This document shows positions 37,021 to 45,839 of a stretch of DNA of 64,000 bases, piece by piece (position 1 is the stretch's first letter; every line of letters starts with the position of its first letter). The DNA lies in IMG/VR virus record IMGVR_UViG_642918906_000001, positions 96,001-160,000 of that record. The stretch is one strand, 5' to 3'. The notes beneath the pieces were generated by a model. The model searched no databases. It was given only the letters and a program-made list of their open reading frames with translations, and was not told where the DNA came from. The DNA comes from a virus (Duplodnaviria > Caudoviricetes). The position numbers and the translations under genes were made by a program.

Positions 37021-38017
37021 CATCAAGCACATTGTTACACCAGGGCAACTACCTCGCCATCTGAATACATCGTTTAATAACAACAATGGTTTCAGCTCTG
37101 AAATGAAGTTTATCAATTCGAGTGGCTGGGATCTGTTGATATTGACAGCAGATGGTTTAAGGTTGCATAGTCCAGTCGGTTCTGGTAAATCAGATGGTAA
37201 CTGTTATTTCATGGTACGCTACAAACTAGGTGGTTACGTAGACCTAGACGTAAGTTGGCGTGCTGAGAATGAACCGTTGGTTAGACAGCAACTAGAAGAA
37301 ATCGAAAGACTAGTTTCGGCTTATCGGCAAGACCCTCTAACTGGTAGACCTACTTATCAGGAAGCGGTTATCGATTTTCACTATCGCGTAGAGTGTATTG
37401 AGTTAGATCATTACAAGCATGGTGTGTGGATTCCTGTACTAGGGATTCATCTGTTTCTATCAAATGGTCGAGACGCACTGTGTAAGCACTATGGTCGATC
37501 TATGTACACTGAAGTGATTGCGTTTAATAATGATTTCGCTAACCAAGAGGAGGTATCCCAGGCGACGGGATGTGGAGTCGTCTACTTTGTCAGTAACCCT
37601 ACTGAGAAAGATCCGATAATCATTAGTAATCGACACTTCAGTGGCGTAGTATTACCAACGTACGATCCCGGTCAAAAGCCTGGGGTTCATATCTACAATG
37701 TGGGGCAACGGAATGATACTACGAATAAGCAGTTAACTGACATCGTATTCATTCCAGTTATTGAGTTTGCAAAGAACGGCATTTATAGAAGTAAAGAAGA
37801 ACTGGAAGCAGCTCTAGATAACTTCGCTCGTAATATGAAAAATCAGAAAGACACAGTGGAATATAAAGAACTGCTTGAGAACATCCGACAAACATTCCCG
37901 GAGTTTTATAAGCGTTATGAAGTTCCTAGGAAGCCATTTGATTTGACTACGTTTATGACGGACGTTGTTGCGGGTATCGCAGCTGCCAGTAAGGTAAAAT
38001 CTGTAATAGGTGGTTAA
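36980..38017 (+). CDS. Conserved hypothetical protein (phiKZ gp122-like)
   Basis: 345 aa; SD GAGGT. Confidence 0.65.
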   Translation: MTELYGRHPALTDDIKHIVTPGQLPRHLNTSFNNNNGFSSEMKFINSSGWDLLILTADGLRLHSPVGSGKSDGNCYFMVRYKLGGYVDLDVSWRAENEPLVRQQLEEIERLVSAYRQDPLTGRPTYQEAVIDFHYRVECIELDHYKHGVWIPVLGIHLFLSNGRDALCKHYGRSMYTEVIAFNNDFANQEEVSQATGCGVVYFVSNPTEKDPIIISNRHFSGVVLPTYDPGQKPGVHIYNVGQRNDTTNKQLTDIVFIPVIEFAKNGIYRSKEELEAALDNFARNMKNQKDTVEYKELLENIRQTFPEFYKRYEVPRKPFDLTTFMTDVVAGIAAASKVKSVIGG

Positions 38018-38020
38018 GTA

Positions 38021-39655
38021 ATGATCTCTGAGATGGATGGATTTCTACGTAGTAAGATGCTAGAGCGAACAGCCCCTTTTAATAAGTCTGTAGCTAACGG
38101 GCTGGCACTCGAGCACCTGATGGGGGTTAACGAGGCAGGGCTATGTAATCGTCGAGCTTATATCGACAAGATCTGGGCATTGAACGCACAGATGTTTCCA
38201 GCCGGCTTTAAATATGAAGGTAGTGTGTTGTGCCGTCCTGAACAGATGGCTGCTGAACTAACACGTGAATATGGTTCTAAGCGTACAGCTAACATTGCTA
38301 AAACGAACCATCGGATGATCGCACTCAAGACCTCTTTTAAAGGAGAACCTTGTTTCGATCGGTATATCCTTATTCCGTTCATTAACCAAGATGGTACCTG
38401 CCCACTCAATGGTGCAGTGTATATGCCATCGCCAGTTATGACCGATGTGGGTTATTCGGTACTGGCCAATACAATCTTCATTCCGTTCCGCCGTGCCAAG
38501 CTGACCTTTAAACATGTGGACAACCATTACGTATGCAATGGTCGTCGTGAGATCAAACATGTTATCTGGTCGCAGATCCACAACGAAATGTCTAAGCGTA
38601 CCAAGAAAGATCTCGATAATCGTCATCGTATCGAATCGTGTCTGGCTCATTATTTCTTTTGTGAGTTCGGTGTTAAAGAAACCTTTAAGCGTTGGGCTAA
38701 TGCCGATATTCGTATTGGTAAGTTCTCGGACTTCGATGAACGCAAATACCCACGTGACAAATGGAACGTTTATCAATCGGCAAACTTGGTTGGGAAACAT
38801 CCGACCGGTGACATGGCGGTAGCTATCCCAATCGAATCCGATTCAGACTTCGTACAACGTCTGATGGCAGGTCTCTGGTATGTTGTCGACGCATTCCCTA
38901 ATCGGTTTGTTGAACCCTCTTATCTTGACTCCAGCGAACTCTGGCGTATCATCTTGGGCCTGATGATCTTCGGTGACTTCGAGCACCAAGGTAAACTCGC
39001 TGAGAACGTTGACGCACACATGACCTCGTTCAACGGTTATCTGGACGTCGATACAATCAAAGAGCTGGCATCGGTTAACGTAAAGGTTAACACGATCTGG
39101 GAGCTGCTGTACGAGATCATGACTAGCATGGCTCATCACTTCTATGATACTGACATGGACGAAACCAGTCTGTGGAATAAATCACTGAGTGTACTGCGTT
39201 ATGTATTCGATGATCTCAACTCGGCTGTAACTATGTTCGGTTATGGATTCCAATCCCGACTGGATAAAGACTGGACGATCAATGAGATCAACGATGCACT
39301 CAAGCGTTCGTTCAAGCCTAACACAGCTGTTAGACGACTATCGGTGGACCACGGTGAATTCGATACCGTGAGTTATCCTGGTGATAACAAAGCCATCAAG
39401 CTTACATCGATTGTTGTTCCGCAAGACAAAGCTAAATCTAAAGGTTCGCACAACAAATCGCTGATTGGCGATTCTAGTCGTTTGATTCACGTCTCGCTCG
39501 CTGACGTAGGTCAATATAAGAACCAACCTAAGAACAACCCAGATGGTCGGGGCCGATTGAACCTATACGTTGACGTTGGTCCAGATGGTACCATCCAACG
39601 TGGTAAGGATGATCGCGAGTTCTTAGATTCTGTACAAGCGCGATTCAACCGTTAA
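38021..39655 (+). CDS. Non-virion RNA polymerase beta-like subunit (phiKZ gp123-like)
   Basis: 544 aa; IPF...DG...LNG...Y..SPV segment typical of the beta N-terminal part; size and synteny. Confidence 0.8.
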   Translation: MISEMDGFLRSKMLERTAPFNKSVANGLALEHLMGVNEAGLCNRRAYIDKIWALNAQMFPAGFKYEGSVLCRPEQMAAELTREYGSKRTANIAKTNHRMIALKTSFKGEPCFDRYILIPFINQDGTCPLNGAVYMPSPVMTDVGYSVLANTIFIPFRRAKLTFKHVDNHYVCNGRREIKHVIWSQIHNEMSKRTKKDLDNRHRIESCLAHYFFCEFGVKETFKRWANADIRIGKFSDFDERKYPRDKWNVYQSANLVGKHPTGDMAVAIPIESDSDFVQRLMAGLWYVVDAFPNRFVEPSYLDSSELWRIILGLMIFGDFEHQGKLAENVDAHMTSFNGYLDVDTIKELASVNVKVNTIWELLYEIMTSMAHHFYDTDMDETSLWNKSLSVLRYVFDDLNSAVTMFGYGFQSRLDKDWTINEINDALKRSFKPNTAVRRLSVDHGEFDTVSYPGDNKAIKLTSIVVPQDKAKSKGSHNKSLIGDSSRLIHVSLADVGQYKNQPKNNPDGRGRLNLYVDVGPDGTIQRGKDDREFLDSVQARFNR

Positions 39656-39674
39656 CTTAAAATCAAAGGGTGTA

Positions 39675-41765
39675 ATGATGCATAACTTCAATCCAAACCA
39701 AGGCCTCCCGGTCCCATGCACTGAGGTAGATCCACGGTGGTTTAATAACAATCTTCCGCAAGGTAATGATTGCGTTCCACCGATCCAACTGAGTCAATGG
39801 ATGCAGGCCAACCAACCGGTTGGATTGATGGCTATTGGTTTGGTACGTGGAATGGCACAAGCCGCAGCCAATAAGTCACCGACTCATACGTTCGTTTATA
39901 ACCTGTTCTGTCAGAACGGATTTCAAAATCAGGTATGGCAGCAATGGTGTCAGACAGCTGTAGACTTCACTGAGTTTCTGATCATCGTTCGGCAATACAA
40001 TCCTAATGATGCTGTTAAGAAAGCTGCACAGTGTGTTGTAGAAGCTGCAATGGGTGTAGCGTTCCATACTTACCCAGTGCTTCAGCAAATTACTCCAAAC
40101 AACTTCTGGGCTGGCCTGCAAGGTGCTCAGCAGATGTACCAATCGATGATTAACGATATTCGTTCGCTTCGATCGGGTAATTACAATAACGGGATGCCAA
40201 GTAACCAGTGGCAGGGCGGTCCCCCGCAAGGTAACCTCCCACCGATTAATGTTCAACAACACCAGTCGTACAGTGGTTATCAGAATCATGGAACTCAGGT
40301 AACAACTCAAGCAACTGTCTCGAACTATCAGCACACCAACTCGTCTTATAGCAATGCACCCACCGCCACCAGTGGCGATGTTGCTAACTCGCTGTATGAT
40401 GTACCTGTAAACGAACCTGCTAAACCGCTGGTCCCTAAAGAAGAGATCAGTTCCGGTTATGACTATTACAGCACACCACTTCAACAGGAGTCTGCTCCAA
40501 TGCAATCTTTCCCACAAGCTGCAACTGTAGAAGAAACTACTCTTCCGATTCCATCTAACGTAGCGGAAGTCGTAGTTGACCCAACCTATTATCAACCAAC
40601 CGGTTTCAAACTGGACATCAACCGTGCATACGACTTGATCCATAACCCAGGTGGTATCGTAATCCAACCAGATCAACTGGTGGATTGGGAAATCACTGTA
40701 GGTGATGACACTCCATGGCCTCAGCTGATGGACCCTAACACCTATTGCCGGTTCTTGGTCAAATTCCCCGACGGTATTGTCAAAGAGAAATTCGTTGAAT
40801 GGACCGATGCAATGAACTATCTCCGTCACGAACTCGATGCAGAACTGCGTCGTAAAGCCCACCGCCCTAACGGTATTGTCGTATCGAGTGCAACTCCTAT
40901 CTCCACCATCGGTGGTGATGCAATGAATGCAACTGAAGTTGAATCGCTGGTTAAGGATGGTCACCTGTCCCGTAGCGCTGTACCGCCAGTAATCATCTCC
41001 GGTGTATTCCAAGGCTCGACTGATCTTGAGATCGAAGGTCAAGTCCGCGAAGAACTTTCCAACATGCTGGAAGTAAACTTCAACGATGACATTCCAATGC
41101 CAGCGGTAGAGTATCGTTCTCAGTTCACCCATACGCTCCCACTGAGCGATGAAGCGGTAGAGGCAATCAATGATATCCGTGAAGCTAAAGATCTCGGTCA
41201 AGCCGCCCAAGGTATCAAAGCACTGGCTGTTCAAGGTGTGATCTCCATCCGTGTGATGCATGCACTGAACAAACGTCTGACCGATATTCTGAATACCACT
41301 ATCGCTGATAGCATGGGTCTGACTTGGGCTATCGACGACTTCTGTGAAGAGTATCTGGAACTGGAAGACTTCATCGAACAGAAACGTGGCGCTGCAATGC
41401 GTCGTGTACTGCAAGGTACCGGCGAGCAAGTCCTCAATCGTGCACTGACTATCGTAGCAACTGACGATGGTGGTGAACACACTGCAACACTGTATCACGT
41501 TGTAGATAACTATCTGAACCATCAGGTAGGTTGGGACCTCGCTGATCTGACCACCCTGAATCTGAAATCCGGTAAGCCTGTACTGATCAGTGCTCTGGCG
41601 CACCCAGTGATTCTGGAAACTCTGAAAGGTATGATCACCCGTAATAACAAAGCTCGTGAAGAGTTTAACGCTACCCTGCGTGTTATCACCCGTGATGGCT
41701 TCTATCTGGAAGTCATCAAAGGTCGTCTGATCGAGAACGCTACTCTGTTGAAACTCGTACGTTAA
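39675..41765 (+). CDS. Conserved hypothetical protein (phiKZ gp124-like) with Q/N/S/Y-rich linker
   Basis: 696 aa; strong codon bias; follows the nvRNAP subunit. Confidence 0.7.
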   Translation: MMHNFNPNQGLPVPCTEVDPRWFNNNLPQGNDCVPPIQLSQWMQANQPVGLMAIGLVRGMAQAAANKSPTHTFVYNLFCQNGFQNQVWQQWCQTAVDFTEFLIIVRQYNPNDAVKKAAQCVVEAAMGVAFHTYPVLQQITPNNFWAGLQGAQQMYQSMINDIRSLRSGNYNNGMPSNQWQGGPPQGNLPPINVQQHQSYSGYQNHGTQVTTQATVSNYQHTNSSYSNAPTATSGDVANSLYDVPVNEPAKPLVPKEEISSGYDYYSTPLQQESAPMQSFPQAATVEETTLPIPSNVAEVVVDPTYYQPTGFKLDINRAYDLIHNPGGIVIQPDQLVDWEITVGDDTPWPQLMDPNTYCRFLVKFPDGIVKEKFVEWTDAMNYLRHELDAELRRKAHRPNGIVVSSATPISTIGGDAMNATEVESLVKDGHLSRSAVPPVIISGVFQGSTDLEIEGQVREELSNMLEVNFNDDIPMPAVEYRSQFTHTLPLSDEAVEAINDIREAKDLGQAAQGIKALAVQGVISIRVMHALNKRLTDILNTTIADSMGLTWAIDDFCEEYLELEDFIEQKRGAAMRRVLQGTGEQVLNRALTIVATDDGGEHTATLYHVVDNYLNHQVGWDLADLTTLNLKSGKPVLISALAHPVILETLKGMITRNNKAREEFNATLRVITRDGFYLEVIKGRLIENATLLKLVR

Positions 41766-41767
41766 AA

Positions 41768-41793
41768 CATAAAGCCCCTCCTGAAGGAGGGGC
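41768..41793. terminator. Terminator hairpin
   Basis: CATAAA-GCCCCTCC-TGAA-GGAGGGGC. Confidence 0.7.
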
Positions 41794-41808
41794 ATCTTAG
41801 AGGATGTA

Positions 41809-42141
41809 ATGATGATCAAATTTAATCTTGCTGACAAAACTACCCTAGCTGGCCGTGAGGCTGTTGTTTATGAAGCTTTCGTAAAAGCACTTCGTGACAC
41901 TACGCTGTCTCGGGCCGGATTGGCTACAGCGATCCATCAGTCTCACCCGGCGATCAAAAACGTCTCACTGGTGGCGCTTAAAGGCGATGGTCCTAACAGT
42001 AGTACACTCCGTGCTAAGTTCTACGATGGTAGTACCGCAACTTTCCATTACACTACCTATACCACTGAAGAAATGAACGTACCAGACAAATGGTCCGCGC
42101 GAGTATCGGCTGGTCCAGATGGTGCCGTTACACTGCATTAA
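41809..42141 (+). CDS. Hypothetical protein
   Basis: 110 aa; SD GAGGA. Confidence 0.65.
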   Translation: MMIKFNLADKTTLAGREAVVYEAFVKALRDTTLSRAGLATAIHQSHPAIKNVSLVALKGDGPNSSTLRAKFYDGSTATFHYTTYTTEEMNVPDKWSARVSAGPDGAVTLH

Positions 42142-42146
42142 TCCTA

Positions 42147-42175
42147 GTGCCCTCCTTCGGGAGGGCATTATGTCA
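42147..42175 (+). terminator. Terminator hairpin
   Basis: TGCCCTCC-TTCG-GGAGGGCA-TTATGTCA. Confidence 0.8.
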
Positions 42176-42185
42176 TTAAAAGCTT

Positions 42186-42209
42186 TTTAAAGAGTATATT
42201 ACAGAGGTG
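42186..42209 (+). promoter_or_regulatory. Early promoter
   Basis: TTTAAAG-AG-TATATTAC-AGAG-GTG. Confidence 0.8.
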
Positions 42210-42212
42210 TAT

Positions 42213-42650
42213 ATGGAAGCAACCTTGACGATCACACGTGAAGGATCGATGTATGCTGATTTTCTGATGGACTCAGCTCCAGTTGGATTTGAAGACTGTT
42301 TAGAAAAATCAGAACTACTGCGCCGACTCCATTGGGGTCAGGCTTTTGCTGAACTTGGTGAACCGATCACCGATAATCTAATTGGTGACCCAGTAGCTAC
42401 ACTTCGTAGAATACATTGTCTTGAAGAGCGAAATATATGCGCCCATGTTACAATGCGTGTCATGGATCTATCAGGCGATCACCTACGAGCGTTCTTTAAA
42501 CCATACGGTCCAATGGCTGATAAACTCCGTGGACTCTGGCTAACCAATCCAACTGGGTTGAAAGCTAAGTTCCGTTACATCCAAGCTAATAATGATGAAG
42601 GCGATTTAACCGTCACCAACATCTATGGCATCGACGTCATTCAAAATTAA
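42213..42650 (+). CDS. Prohead-protease-fold paralog, probably inactive
   Basis: QAFAELGEP / KPYGP / AKFRY / YGIDVI against T4 gp21-type QALGELNHP / VSSRG / VGVDAV; start codon uncertain. Confidence 0.6.
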   Translation: MEATLTITREGSMYADFLMDSAPVGFEDCLEKSELLRRLHWGQAFAELGEPITDNLIGDPVATLRRIHCLEERNICAHVTMRVMDLSGDHLRAFFKPYGPMADKLRGLWLTNPTGLKAKFRYIQANNDEGDLTVTNIYGIDVIQN

Positions 42651-42669
42651 CCAATAGGAAATTACCCCA

Positions 42670-43344
42670 ATGCGTATTGACAATACTAAAGTAGAAAGCT
42701 TCAAAAACTGGTTCTTTGGTCGTCCGAATATTAATTTCGATGACCTTGATGATCAGGCATTCAACGAGTTGTCGATCCATGTTGCAGCTGAGAGCGATCT
42801 GCCGAAAGAAGCAGACCCCGAGGCTAAATACTACGTCGAGGCAACTGGTGATACCTATCGCTTCGTCGATGGGGCTTATCAAGTAATAGATGTTTACAGT
42901 TTCGGTGTAACCCAAGCTTACCGTGACGCACCACGTCGCGTGTACGCCCGTGAGACCATTGTGGACCATTCCCATGGCATTCCATCGATCACCGCTGAAC
43001 AGATCCGTAACGGCGCTCCAGCCGGTTTGGCGACACTCTACAACATCCAAGCGTTGTTGATGGATCTTGAACAGATCCGTCGTATTGATGTTTACGGGTA
43101 TAAAACGACCTTGATGGATGTTTTGAGTCAGGGGGCTTATTCCACCAAAGAACAAAACGTTACACACTGGTTCTCCACTCAACACACTCTGTTGTATCGC
43201 CTGCTGGCGTCCAGCATGCGTGCAAAAGACGCGTTCAACAAATCTGTAATCGATGCTCTGTTCAAACACAACTACGTACTGACTTGGGACGATGCTAAAA
43301 ATCGCCCAGTCTTTAAAGTGGATGACTTCATCGTTTATCTGTGA
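42670..43344 (+). CDS. Hypothetical protein
   Basis: 224 aa; SD AGGA. Confidence 0.7.
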   Translation: MRIDNTKVESFKNWFFGRPNINFDDLDDQAFNELSIHVAAESDLPKEADPEAKYYVEATGDTYRFVDGAYQVIDVYSFGVTQAYRDAPRRVYARETIVDHSHGIPSITAEQIRNGAPAGLATLYNIQALLMDLEQIRRIDVYGYKTTLMDVLSQGAYSTKEQNVTHWFSTQHTLLYRLLASSMRAKDAFNKSVIDALFKHNYVLTWDDAKNRPVFKVDDFIVYL

Positions 43345-43351
43345 GGTGGTT

Positions 43352-43630
43352 ATGCGACTTAAAATCTTGGCTGTGTTATCGGTTGTACTATTGGCTGGCT
43401 GCAATAAGGAACCGGATCAAGTCATTGGTACACTGATGGCATCACGTTGTGATGTAGAGTGTGGTGTCGTCATTAACTCGAAAGGCATTGCCAATGATGA
43501 TGTTCTACGTGAGTTCAAAACCTGCGGTGGGGACAATAAAGATCTGATAGGTCGTAAGGTGATTGCCTTCAAGCAGAATCTCGTTCACGGTGAAACCTGT
43601 ATGACAGTATACGAATACCTACAACGCTAA
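43352..43630 (+). CDS. Lipoprotein
   Basis: MRLKILAVLSVVLLAGC lipobox; SD GAGGTG; four further Cys. Confidence 0.75.
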   Translation: MRLKILAVLSVVLLAGCNKEPDQVIGTLMASRCDVECGVVINSKGIANDDVLREFKTCGGDNKDLIGRKVIAFKQNLVHGETCMTVYEYLQR

Positions 43631-43639
43631 AGGTGCGAG

Positions 43640-44089
43640 ATGATTACGCTTGAAACTACAACATCGTTCGTACCTGCCTTCTCTGCGTTACCATTCATCA
43701 AATCTTTAAATCAGTACTATCCCGATATTGAATACTGGTATGTGAATAAAGTCATACCAGGCCTCACGTTAGGTAATGATAAGCTCATTGTCGCACGTGA
43801 TGAACACTTCAATATTGCTGGTATTGCTTTGGGTAAGTTGAGTGACGCTGAAGCGAAGTTGCGTTGTGTTCGTGTACACCCGGATCATCAGAATAGTGGT
43901 CTGGGTATTCGCCTGATCGACAACATGCTTGAGTTGATCGGCGAACGTAAACCTGGGGTGACTGTATCGGAAGAGATGATCAACCTTTACAGTCGTGCCT
44001 TCGTTAAACGCTATGGCTTTGAATTGTCCGACGTAACCAAAGGACGTTATCGCCGTGGCAAACTTGAATATGGATTCAATGGAGCGTAA
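43640..44089 (+). CDS. GNAT-family acetyltransferase
   Basis: VRVHPDHQNSGLGIRL acetyl-CoA motif A; FVKRYGF motif B. Confidence 0.85.
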   Translation: MITLETTTSFVPAFSALPFIKSLNQYYPDIEYWYVNKVIPGLTLGNDKLIVARDEHFNIAGIALGKLSDAEAKLRCVRVHPDHQNSGLGIRLIDNMLELIGERKPGVTVSEEMINLYSRAFVKRYGFELSDVTKGRYRRGKLEYGFNGA

Positions 44090-44467
44090 ATGGAATACCT
44101 GATCGACCTCTCGAAGAAAACGTCAGCATATCGTGAAGCATTGCTACGTTATCTGACTGGTGGCAAATACCAGAAAATCGGTTGCTATATGGAGTACCGC
44201 CACCCAACCAAACTTCGCAGCGAATCCCTAGATGACTTCATCCAGCGATACCATCAAACCGATGATCGAAACTGGTGTGCACGTGCCACTGACATCACAG
44301 TGGTTGGTGATGAGCTGGTGATCACGGTCACTCCTTTTGGGGTATGGAAAGATAGCGTTGATTTTGATGAACGTTGGCCTTCTGCGCGCATCATCCAGTT
44401 CAATGGTGAGGTTAAGGAAATCGTTGGGTTTGACTTGATCCTAAAGGCGAACCATAACGATTTCTAA
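44090..44467 (+). CDS. Prohead-protease-fold paralog keeping His/Ser/Asp
   Basis: MEYRHP ... RNWCAR ... TPFG ... PSAR ... VGFDLI. Confidence 0.6.
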   Translation: MEYLIDLSKKTSAYREALLRYLTGGKYQKIGCYMEYRHPTKLRSESLDDFIQRYHQTDDRNWCARATDITVVGDELVITVTPFGVWKDSVDFDERWPSARIIQFNGEVKEIVGFDLILKANHNDF

Positions 44468-44472
44468 GTAGA

Positions 44473-44522
44473 CGACATAAAGCCAGCTCCTTCGGGAGCT
44501 GGCATATGCTGTTATTTTTTTT
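44473..44522. terminator. Bidirectional terminator
   Basis: CGACATAAA-GCCAGCTCC-TTCG-GGAGCTGGC followed by a T run. Confidence 0.85.
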
Positions 44523-44953
44523 CAGTTTTCAGTGTATTCTAACGTAATAGAATCTGAAGGGAGGTACGCTAAACAGGCAGGTGTAGTTGCAATAGTGACA
44601 GTAGGACCTGAGATATTACGATCCAAGAATTCATTATCACTTAAAGGTACACCCAACGTATCACGTAATACCTTTAGAACATCGTAGAATCTCTTGTACG
44701 AGCTAGACTTGCCTGGAACCTTAATACCCCTAAGGTCTTCACTCAATCGCCGCCTAACGTAGTACAGTGTTTGAACACCACCGAAGTTATTACTGTCGGC
44801 TCTAGCCACAATATTAATTCGGGAATTACATTGACCCTGTAACCAAATCTCAGGAACGCTAAAATTAACGTCAGCTGGTTGAATTGGAGGCTTAACCTTG
44901 TTAGCCGTATTAAAAGCGGTTAGTAAACTTTGTTTGATGTCAGTGCTTACCAT
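44522..44953 (-). CDS. Virion structural protein (phiKZ gp126-like)
   Basis: 143 aa from MVSTDIKQ; SD GAGGT; YYVRRRL motif of a paralog family. Confidence 0.6.
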   Translation of the reverse strand: MVSTDIKQSLLTAFNTANKVKPPIQPADVNFSVPEIWLQGQCNSRINIVARADSNNFGGVQTLYYVRRRLSEDLRGIKVPGKSSSYKRFYDVLKVLRDTLGVPLSDNEFLDRNISGPTVTIATTPACLAYLPSDSITLEYTEN

Positions 44954-44960
44954 GTTGACC

Positions 44961-45839
44961 TCAGTTATAGTGGAGCAGTAAATAACCACTCATGTTGTTA
45001 GCTAACCCACTGACCCGTAATACACACACCTGTTGAATGTCTTTACGTGGAGAGTACCGTGGCAACACGATGCCATTGTAAAGTACACTCAATCTAGCCT
45101 CACCTGAAATAACCTCACCGGCTATGTTCCAGTCCACCACTTCGGTACTACACACGAATGGATAAGTGGTAACATCATTAAGGATTGCTGCCAGCTTACG
45201 ACCACTCGGCCATACGGAAGCACTGGACAAGTCTTTGATGAATTCACGTTCATGGGTGAAATCAAAACCGCTAGTCGTAAACTGACTAACGATTTTACCA
45301 TCTACACTACCTAGAGGTCTAGGGTTAGCGGTGATGAGTTCTAATTTATCACCTACGTTGGCCAATAGCTGCTTAGTGGTATTGACCAGCTCGAATTGAA
45401 CTGATCCTACAAACCGCAATGACTTAGGTGACGCTGTCAGTGTATAGACACGTTGATATTCATCGTACTGTACATGGACAAAATCGTTCAATGTAAATAC
45501 GATGTCATTTAGTTCGCCAATAGCAGCGAGCACTTTAAACGTATTGGTAGGTAAAGCGAAGTCACTGAGTTGTTTGATAGCTGGACCCACAAAGAAACTC
45601 GCTAGGTCTAAACGATCGTAAACATAGTTCTCACGGGTAACCTCAGGTTGAGTGTTGTTTGGGTCGATGCTACGACGAGCATCAACCTCAATCTGTGTCC
45701 GTGTTCCACCCAAAGAAACCATCGATTTAAGTGTTGCGGTGTAAGGAGTCAAATCGGTGAGATACACTTCATTGATCCGATTGATCACAGCAACCCATGG
45801 GTCAGCTGCTAAATAGTCTTTTGTGCTATACATACTCAA
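44961..45839 (-). CDS. Virion structural protein (phiKZ gp127-like)
   Basis: 292 aa; YDRLDL and SLRFVGS motifs. Confidence 0.62.
   Translation of the reverse strand: MSMYSTKDYLAADPWVAVINRINEVYLTDLTPYTATLKSMVSLGGTRTQIEVDARRSIDPNNTQPEVTRENYVYDRLDLASFFVGPAIKQLSDFALPTNTFKVLAAIGELNDIVFTLNDFVHVQYDEYQRVYTLTASPKSLRFVGSVQFELVNTTKQLLANVGDKLELITANPRPLGSVDGKIVSQFTTSGFDFTHEREFIKDLSSASVWPSGRKLAAILNDVTTYPFVCSTEVVDWNIAGEVISGEARLSVLYNGIVLPRYSPRKDIQQVCVLRVSGLANNMSGYLLLHYN

Noticed and set aside
39876-41837. 653-aa antisense ORF
   Set aside because: Same shadow effect opposite ORF 39675..41765.
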